This document shows positions 23,835 through 26,389 of a stretch of DNA of 26,389 nucleotides, in pieces. This DNA is from Candidatus Heimdallarchaeota archaeon B3_Heim. Its GTDB lineage: Archaea; Asgardarchaeota; Heimdallarchaeia; Hodarchaeales; Hodarchaeaceae. The notes under the pieces are model-generated. The model was given only the letters and a program-made list of their open reading frames with translations. It made no database searches and was not told the origin of the DNA. The stretch's first letter is position 1; every line of letters begins with the position of its first letter. The translations under genes and the position numbers were made by a program. The stretch lies in contig NJBF01000045.1 in NCBI GenBank assembly GCA_003144275.1, positions 1 to 26,389 on the forward strand, read 5' to 3'.

Positions 23835-25229
23835 ATGAAATTCACGATGCTGGACTTCTTCTTTGAACCACGATCTGTTGCCATTCTAGGTGCTTCTTCC
23901 GATGAGAAAAAATACGGTCGTTTGATTTTTAACCATTTCGTGGTTCCTTATTTCAAGAGAGTCTTTCCAATCAATCCTCGTGTTTCAGAAATAATGGGTA
24001 TTAAATGTTACAAAAGTGTATTTGATCTGCCAGAAGTTCCTGACCTAGCTGTAGTCGTTTTACCGACTAAGTTAGCAATTCAAGCCATCGCAGATGCGTC
24101 AAAACGAGGAATACCTGCAATCGTATGTATAACGGCAGGATTCTCAGAAGTCGGACGTGATGATCTACAAGAAGAATTAGTGAAGGCACTAGGCGACTCA
24201 CGGTTAATTGGGCCGAATTGTCTTGGAATAGTGGATACTCACTCTCAAGTAAATACATTGTTTCCAAATTTTGAACTTCCTGAAAAAGGAAACGTGTCTT
24301 TGATATCACAATCAGGTTCACTTGCCATTGATCTTCTTCTTGCCCTTCAACAGAATAAAATAGGACTCAAGCGATTCGTCTCCTACGGAAATGCTGCAGA
24401 TCTGAATGAGACTGACTTTATTGAATATTTTGGCCAAGACCCAGATACAAAAGTAATAGGAGCGTATATAGAAGGAGTAAAAGCTGGTCGAAAATTCATC
24501 AAAATCTCGAAATCGATAGCACGTAAAAAACCAATTGTTGTTCTAAAGCTTCCTTCTACAGAAAATGTTTCAATGGCTGCTAAGGGACATACTGGTGCAG
24601 TAGCTAGCACTATGGGAATCTACAAAGAAATATTAAGACAATCAGGAATCATTCAATGTGATAGTACTTCTCAATTTATAAATTCCATCAAAGCACTCTA
24701 CACACAACCACCTGCATTTGGTAATCGTATAGCACTAGTCACAAATACAGGTGGACCCGCTGCAATGGCATTATATCGAATGAATCGCTATCAATTAGAA
24801 TTGGCCGAATTACCTGATAATGTAGTGGACGAGACAGAAGTGGTTATTAAGAAACACGCAGTCCAAACATCCATCTCAAGAGATAAAAACAATAATCCGC
24901 TTGCATTTATGGACTTAACAGGTTCAGCAACTACTGAAGTAATCACTGAGATATCGAAAATATTTCTAAAGGAGAAAAATGTGTCAGGAATAATAATTGT
25001 CCCTAGAAGTGATGCACCAGTTGTATCCAAGGATGCCCCAGCACGGATAGCTCTACTTAAACGAGAATTTCCAAAAAAACCTATATTGGTATATAATCTT
25101 CCTGATCCTACAGTGAATGCGGAGTTTGAAGGATATGGTATTCCAGTATTCCGTACGGCGGAAGATTCTGTAGATGGAATGTATGCATTAGTCGAAAGAG
25201 GACGTATTTTACAAAAATACCTATATTGA
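23835..25229 (+). CDS. acdA: ADP-forming acetate/acyl-CoA ligase alpha subunit (CoA-binding + ligase domains)
   Basis: FFEPRSVAILGAS, PINP, CITAGFSE, RLIGPNCLG, SQSGSL, VSYGNAADL, YIEG, HTGA phospho-His motif, TNTGGP, DLTG. No ATP-grasp domain. Confidence 0.92.
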   Translation: MKFTMLDFFFEPRSVAILGASSDEKKYGRLIFNHFVVPYFKRVFPINPRVSEIMGIKCYKSVFDLPEVPDLAVVVLPTKLAIQAIADASKRGIPAIVCITAGFSEVGRDDLQEELVKALGDSRLIGPNCLGIVDTHSQVNTLFPNFELPEKGNVSLISQSGSLAIDLLLALQQNKIGLKRFVSYGNAADLNETDFIEYFGQDPDTKVIGAYIEGVKAGRKFIKISKSIARKKPIVVLKLPSTENVSMAAKGHTGAVASTMGIYKEILRQSGIIQCDSTSQFINSIKALYTQPPAFGNRIALVTNTGGPAAMALYRMNRYQLELAELPDNVVDETEVVIKKHAVQTSISRDKNNNPLAFMDLTGSATTEVITEISKIFLKEKNVSGIIIVPRSDAPVVSKDAPARIALLKREFPKKPILVYNLPDPTVNAEFEGYGIPVFRTAEDSVDGMYALVERGRILQKYLY

Positions 25230-25235
25230 GAGGAG
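25230..25235 (+). promoter_or_regulatory. Shine-Dalgarno GAGGAG for the 25242 gene
   Basis: GAGGAG lies 6 nt before ATG 25242, directly after the acdA stop. Confidence 0.6.
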
Positions 25236-25241
25236 TAAAAT

Positions 25242-26294
25242 ATGAGTGATTTTGAACCATCATCAGAAAAACAGCAACAAATTCATGATCGAGTTAGAGC
25301 AATCATTCTGCAATCTGGTGACAAAATTACCGCAAATGTTAGGGTTGTTACAGGTTTAATTTCTGATACCCGACTTAAGCAAATTCGTTGCTTTACTGGA
25401 GCTGGAGGAAAAACCTATGTGATTGAAGCGGCCTTATCTACCTCACTTGCAGGAGAGATAGATGGGGGCATTGTTCTTAAATTTGCTAATGATCTAGAGG
25501 CCGAAGTTAGCAATGCAGAACGGCTAGCTCGACATTTAACTATTCGCCAACGAGACTGGGAATCGTGGAAAGAGAATCACGATTTACCATTACGAATTCG
25601 TCGTTATCCTGATCACGTCTTCTCTCCTCAAGTGATACAGGTAATTCCAGAAGTTAAAGCGTTACTTCTGGAGTTTCTAAGTGGATTTAATCCCCTAATT
25701 CAACATACCTTGGAACCAAATGATCGATGGGGTTATGCAGGTTACGCCTTAGCTCGATTGCACGGATCAGAACAACTCCAAACGAGTGTTCAGCTTTATA
25801 ATCCATTGTTTAAACTATTGAAACAATATATTGACGAACGATATATTGATTACTGGATTGCCATCTTAGAACAATCTAAAGGTGGAGTAGAATTCATCCA
25901 TGGTGACAGCCATATGAGTAATATTCTTGTTTCTCCTGCAAGTATTGCGTGGATAGATTCAATAATGTTACCCAAGCTAGATAGAATGGATGATATTGGT
26001 TACATACTTAGTCATGTAGTACAAGAAGAAGTAGCAAAGAATATCAGCATAGGAATTGATATAAAAACATTAAGCTCTTCTATTACTCGATCTTGGGTTC
26101 CACTAATACTAACTACGTATAAACAAACCTACGATATATCCCAGATTTATTCTCGGTTGCCAATCGACTTTTTCCTAGGAAGCCATTTAATCATTCGTGC
26201 TGGTTTGTGGGAAAAAAATATAGCAGATATATTGGTAAAATTAGGTCAGCATTTCATTCATGATATGCCAGTCTCCAAACTCCTTGAAGAATAA
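25242..26294 (+). CDS. APH/choline-kinase-like phosphotransferase (protein-kinase-like fold)
   Basis: Gly-rich TGAGG, VLK, LARLHG, Brenner motif IHGDSHMSNILV, Mg-binding WID, then DDIGYIL. Confidence 0.85.
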   Translation: MSDFEPSSEKQQQIHDRVRAIILQSGDKITANVRVVTGLISDTRLKQIRCFTGAGGKTYVIEAALSTSLAGEIDGGIVLKFANDLEAEVSNAERLARHLTIRQRDWESWKENHDLPLRIRRYPDHVFSPQVIQVIPEVKALLLEFLSGFNPLIQHTLEPNDRWGYAGYALARLHGSEQLQTSVQLYNPLFKLLKQYIDERYIDYWIAILEQSKGGVEFIHGDSHMSNILVSPASIAWIDSIMLPKLDRMDDIGYILSHVVQEEVAKNISIGIDIKTLSSSITRSWVPLILTTYKQTYDISQIYSRLPIDFFLGSHLIIRAGLWEKNIADILVKLGQHFIHDMPVSKLLEE

Positions 26295-26320
26295 AAATGG
26301 CTCCTTCTTGTATATTCTGG

Positions 26321-26389
26321 CTAAATATTGAGAATCCCAAGTGCATATGCAGCAGCTTGAGATGCACGAAGGGGTTCTGACGCCTTATC
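26321..26389 (-). CDS. 3' end of a gene entering from the right edge (partial)
   Basis: The minus-strand frame reads DKASEPLRASQAAAYALGILNI then TAG (26321-26323), convergent with the kinase gene. Only 22 codons are visible. Confidence 0.45.
   Translation of the reverse strand, partial: DKASEPLRASQAAAYALGILNI

Noticed and set aside
1-26389. CRISPR array, tRNA/rRNA, IS element, integrase or prophage
   Set aside because: No regularly spaced repeats, T-loop/anticodon cloverleaf, terminal inverted repeats with a transposase, or phage hallmark genes were seen.

Overview
AT-rich, gene-dense window of about 25 coding regions with an archaeal layout: oligo-T terminators, TATA-like promoters, and Nep1, AOR-family, TrmB-like and ADP-forming acyl-CoA synthetase genes. 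Several proteins look like eukaryotic-signature proteins: a gelsolin-domain protein, a longin/DENN-like protein and a longin+roadblock-like protein. The source is therefore most likely an Asgard archaeon (Heimdallarchaeia-like); this is an inference from gene content. Recognisable housekeeping genes: ThiF/MoeB E1-like enzyme, DegT aminotransferase, YggS/PLPBP, AOR-family oxidoreductase, Nep1, YjjX, YkgJ-family protein, LarC/LarB, DUF1405, Fpg/MutM, ACD alpha subunit and an APH-like phosphotransferase. The most unusual items are a 1404-aa TrmB-like protein whose wHTH and PLD-fold effector domains are separated by about 1150-1200 aa of amphipathic helix, a gelsolin domain fused through a histone-H1-like basic linker to a Zn ribbon, a DENN/NPRL2-like gene paired with an unknown partner, a membrane-anchored Cys4+HEAT protein and an AOR homologue with altered active-site motifs. 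I saw no rRNA, tRNA, CRISPR array, transposase or integrase. All family assignments come from motif recognition by eye; no database search was run.
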